Virus record (IMG/VR): IMGVR_UViG_3300020042_004399
Coordinates: 1-25,477 of that record
DNA: 25,477 bases
Strand: one strand, 5' to 3'
From: a virus
Taxonomy: Duplodnaviria > Caudoviricetes
A model generated the notes under the pieces. The model was not told where the DNA came from, searched no databases, and saw only the letters and a list, made by a program, of their open reading frames with translations. Numbering within the stretch: the first letter of the stretch is position 1; each line of letters opens with the position of its first letter. Below, one piece after another: positions 23,781-25,477 of the stretch. The position numbers and the translations under genes are program-made.

Positions 23781-25477
23781 ATTCCACGCATTCGCGTCTG
23801 GTCACTTTATTCTCAAAAGATTCTCACACGGACAAATCGAAGTTTCGGACTTAGAAAAGTTTGGTGAATATCCATTCATGCACGTTGTGCCTTCGAACGT
23901 TACTTACGCGAAAGGTATGAAGACGTTCTCTTTTCAGATTGTCCTTGCCGACTTACCACGCGATAAAGAAGACAAACCCGAATACCAACGCGAAGTATTA
24001 AGCGACCTTCAGCGGATCGCGGAAGACTTGGTTGCGGAAATTACAAACCACCGAATGTTGTTTGGTGATTTAATCACAGTACAAAACGTTTCGTTAGAAC
24101 CGTTCCTCGAAGAGTTTCAGCATACGTTAACAGGTTGGACGATTAGTCTTGACCTTCTTGTCCCTTACTATTGGGACGCGTGTTCTATTCCTGCTGAGTG
24201 GAACGATATGTTCGAAAGCGGAAGTGGTGGCACAGGTTCGATACTAACGTTTATCGATAGTATTAATCGCGACAACAACGGTAACGTGTCACTTGTCAAC
24301 GACGAAGCAACACCAGCACCGAACTATTACTACGGAACGGACGACGAAGGGGTGCGCGGTTGGTATCTTTTAGAAACAGGTGGCGGTCTAACGTGCGAAA
24401 CAATAGGCGACTGTCAAACGATAATTGACATTGAAGCAGCCATTGACGCACTCGAAGAAGAAATAGTTTTGAAGGCTGACATAACAAGCATAAGCGCGGT
24501 TGGTTTCTCAAACGATTACAACGACTTAGACAACAAGCCAACCATTCCAGACGTGAGCGGTTTCGTTCCTTACACGGGCGCAACGCAAGACGTTGACTTG
24601 GGTGAATTTGAATTGAAGGCGGGACAAATAGAGTTCGACCAAACACCAACAGGAACAGCAGGCGTTGCAGTCATGCGTTGGAACGACAGCGACGGAACAC
24701 TTGACTTAGGTCTTAAAGGTGGCAACGTAACTTTACAAGTAGGACAAGAAAGCGTTTTGCGTGTTGTCAATAAGACGGCGACAAACGTCAATTTACTTGA
24801 AGCAAATTATCAAGCGGTTCGTGTTACAGGTGCGCAAGGGCAACGATTGAAAGTTGACTTAGCGTTAGCCACAACCGACGGATTGAGCGCGGAAACAATC
24901 GGTCTTGTTACCGAAACGATTAACAACAATCAAGAAGGGTTTATCACAACGAGCGGACTTGTTCGCGGTATAAACACAACGGGAAGTTTACAAGGCGAAA
25001 CGTGGGCTGACGGAGATATACTATACCTATCTCCAACAACGGCAGGCAGAGCAACGAAAGTTAAACCTACCGCACCGAATCACTTAATTATACTGGGTTA
25101 TGTTATCCACGCTCACATCAATCAAGGGAGCATATTTGTAAAGGTTGACAACGGCTACGAGTTGGACGAATTGCACAACGTGAAAATCACTACACCTGCG
25201 AATAACAACGTATTAGCTTACACGTCGGCGACTGACATTTGGGAAAACAAGACGGTTGCAACGGCACTCGGTTACACTCCTGAAAACACAGCGAACAAAC
25301 AGAACTCGTTAGCAGTAGACGGAACAGGGGTAAAATTCCCAACTGTTGACGCTGTGAATAATCTTTCAATGATTGATAGAGGTAAAAGAGTAGTGTCTTT
25401 CTTTACTGATTTTTTCGGTAATAGTTTGAATATAGATGGTTTAGTAGTTAATGTTTCAGGTGGTACAATTTCTACGC
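23743..25477 (+). CDS. Tail completion/terminator-like domain fused to fibre domains (3' truncated, not in ORF track)
   Basis: Open from ATG 23743 to the window end (at least 578 codons). N-terminal YPFMHV...VLSD...EPF.EEF...LTGW...CSIP, GSGGTG linker, then fibre-like DYNDLDNKPTIP, VPYTGA..DVDLG, GYELDELHNV and LGYTPEN motifs. Confidence 0.8.
   Translation, partial: MSNVQSYNALIDRFHAFASGHFILKRFSHGQIEVSDLEKFGEYPFMHVVPSNVTYAKGMKTFSFQIVLADLPRDKEDKPEYQREVLSDLQRIAEDLVAEITNHRMLFGDLITVQNVSLEPFLEEFQHTLTGWTISLDLLVPYYWDACSIPAEWNDMFESGSGGTGSILTFIDSINRDNNGNVSLVNDEATPAPNYYYGTDDEGVRGWYLLETGGGLTCETIGDCQTIIDIEAAIDALEEEIVLKADITSISAVGFSNDYNDLDNKPTIPDVSGFVPYTGATQDVDLGEFELKAGQIEFDQTPTGTAGVAVMRWNDSDGTLDLGLKGGNVTLQVGQESVLRVVNKTATNVNLLEANYQAVRVTGAQGQRLKVDLALATTDGLSAETIGLVTETINNNQEGFITTSGLVRGINTTGSLQGETWADGDILYLSPTTAGRATKVKPTAPNHLIILGYVIHAHINQGSIFVKVDNGYELDELHNVKITTPANNNVLAYTSATDIWENKTVATALGYTPENTANKQNSLAVDGTGVKFPTVDAVNNLSMIDRGKRVVSFFTDFFGNSLNIDGLVVNVSGGTIST

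Noticed and set aside
24296-24791. Two minus-strand ORFs
   Set aside because: Shadows of the long plus-strand ORF that the track missed because it is truncated.
25102-25111. Near-DnaA box TTATCCACG
   Set aside because: Single, mismatched and inside coding sequence.
1-25477. Stop-codon reassignment, CRISPR array, tRNA, integrase/att site, introns, DGR
   Set aside because: Genes tile densely under the standard code with TAA, TAG and TGA all used as stops; no repeat array, cloverleaf, recombinase or reverse transcriptase motifs were seen.

Overview
The window is a roughly 25 kb slice of a small tailed phage (or prophage) with a non-contractile-tail gene set. The host is most likely Bacteroidota/Flavobacteria, judged from TTG-N19-TAnnTTTG promoters and A/C-rich, SD-less start regions. 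Plus strand 1-11872 carries a truncated tail-tip protein, tape measure, XkdF-type protease, scaffold, major capsid, tail tube, portal, neck protein and lysis genes. Minus strand 11835-18838 is an early/replication block (SSB-like, DnaA-C HTH, initiator-like) that also holds an AT-rich thymidylate-synthase-family cassette and the large terminase. Plus strand 18943-end carries VRR-NUC, a sigma-like factor, a structured non-coding region, ParB-methyltransferase, small terminase, a tail assembly chaperone with a -1 frameshift and a truncated tail-completion/fibre fusion. The best leads are a TS-family enzyme with the dCMP-specifying Asn->Asp change, a ~70-nt promoter-terminator unit antisense to early-gene start regions, a pseudoknot-like small RNA next to a 19-nt pyrimidine mirror repeat, an A10 run at the portal domain junction and a small protein ending in an NrdA-like CxxCGS tail. 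All family calls come from motif recognition by eye; no searches were run.
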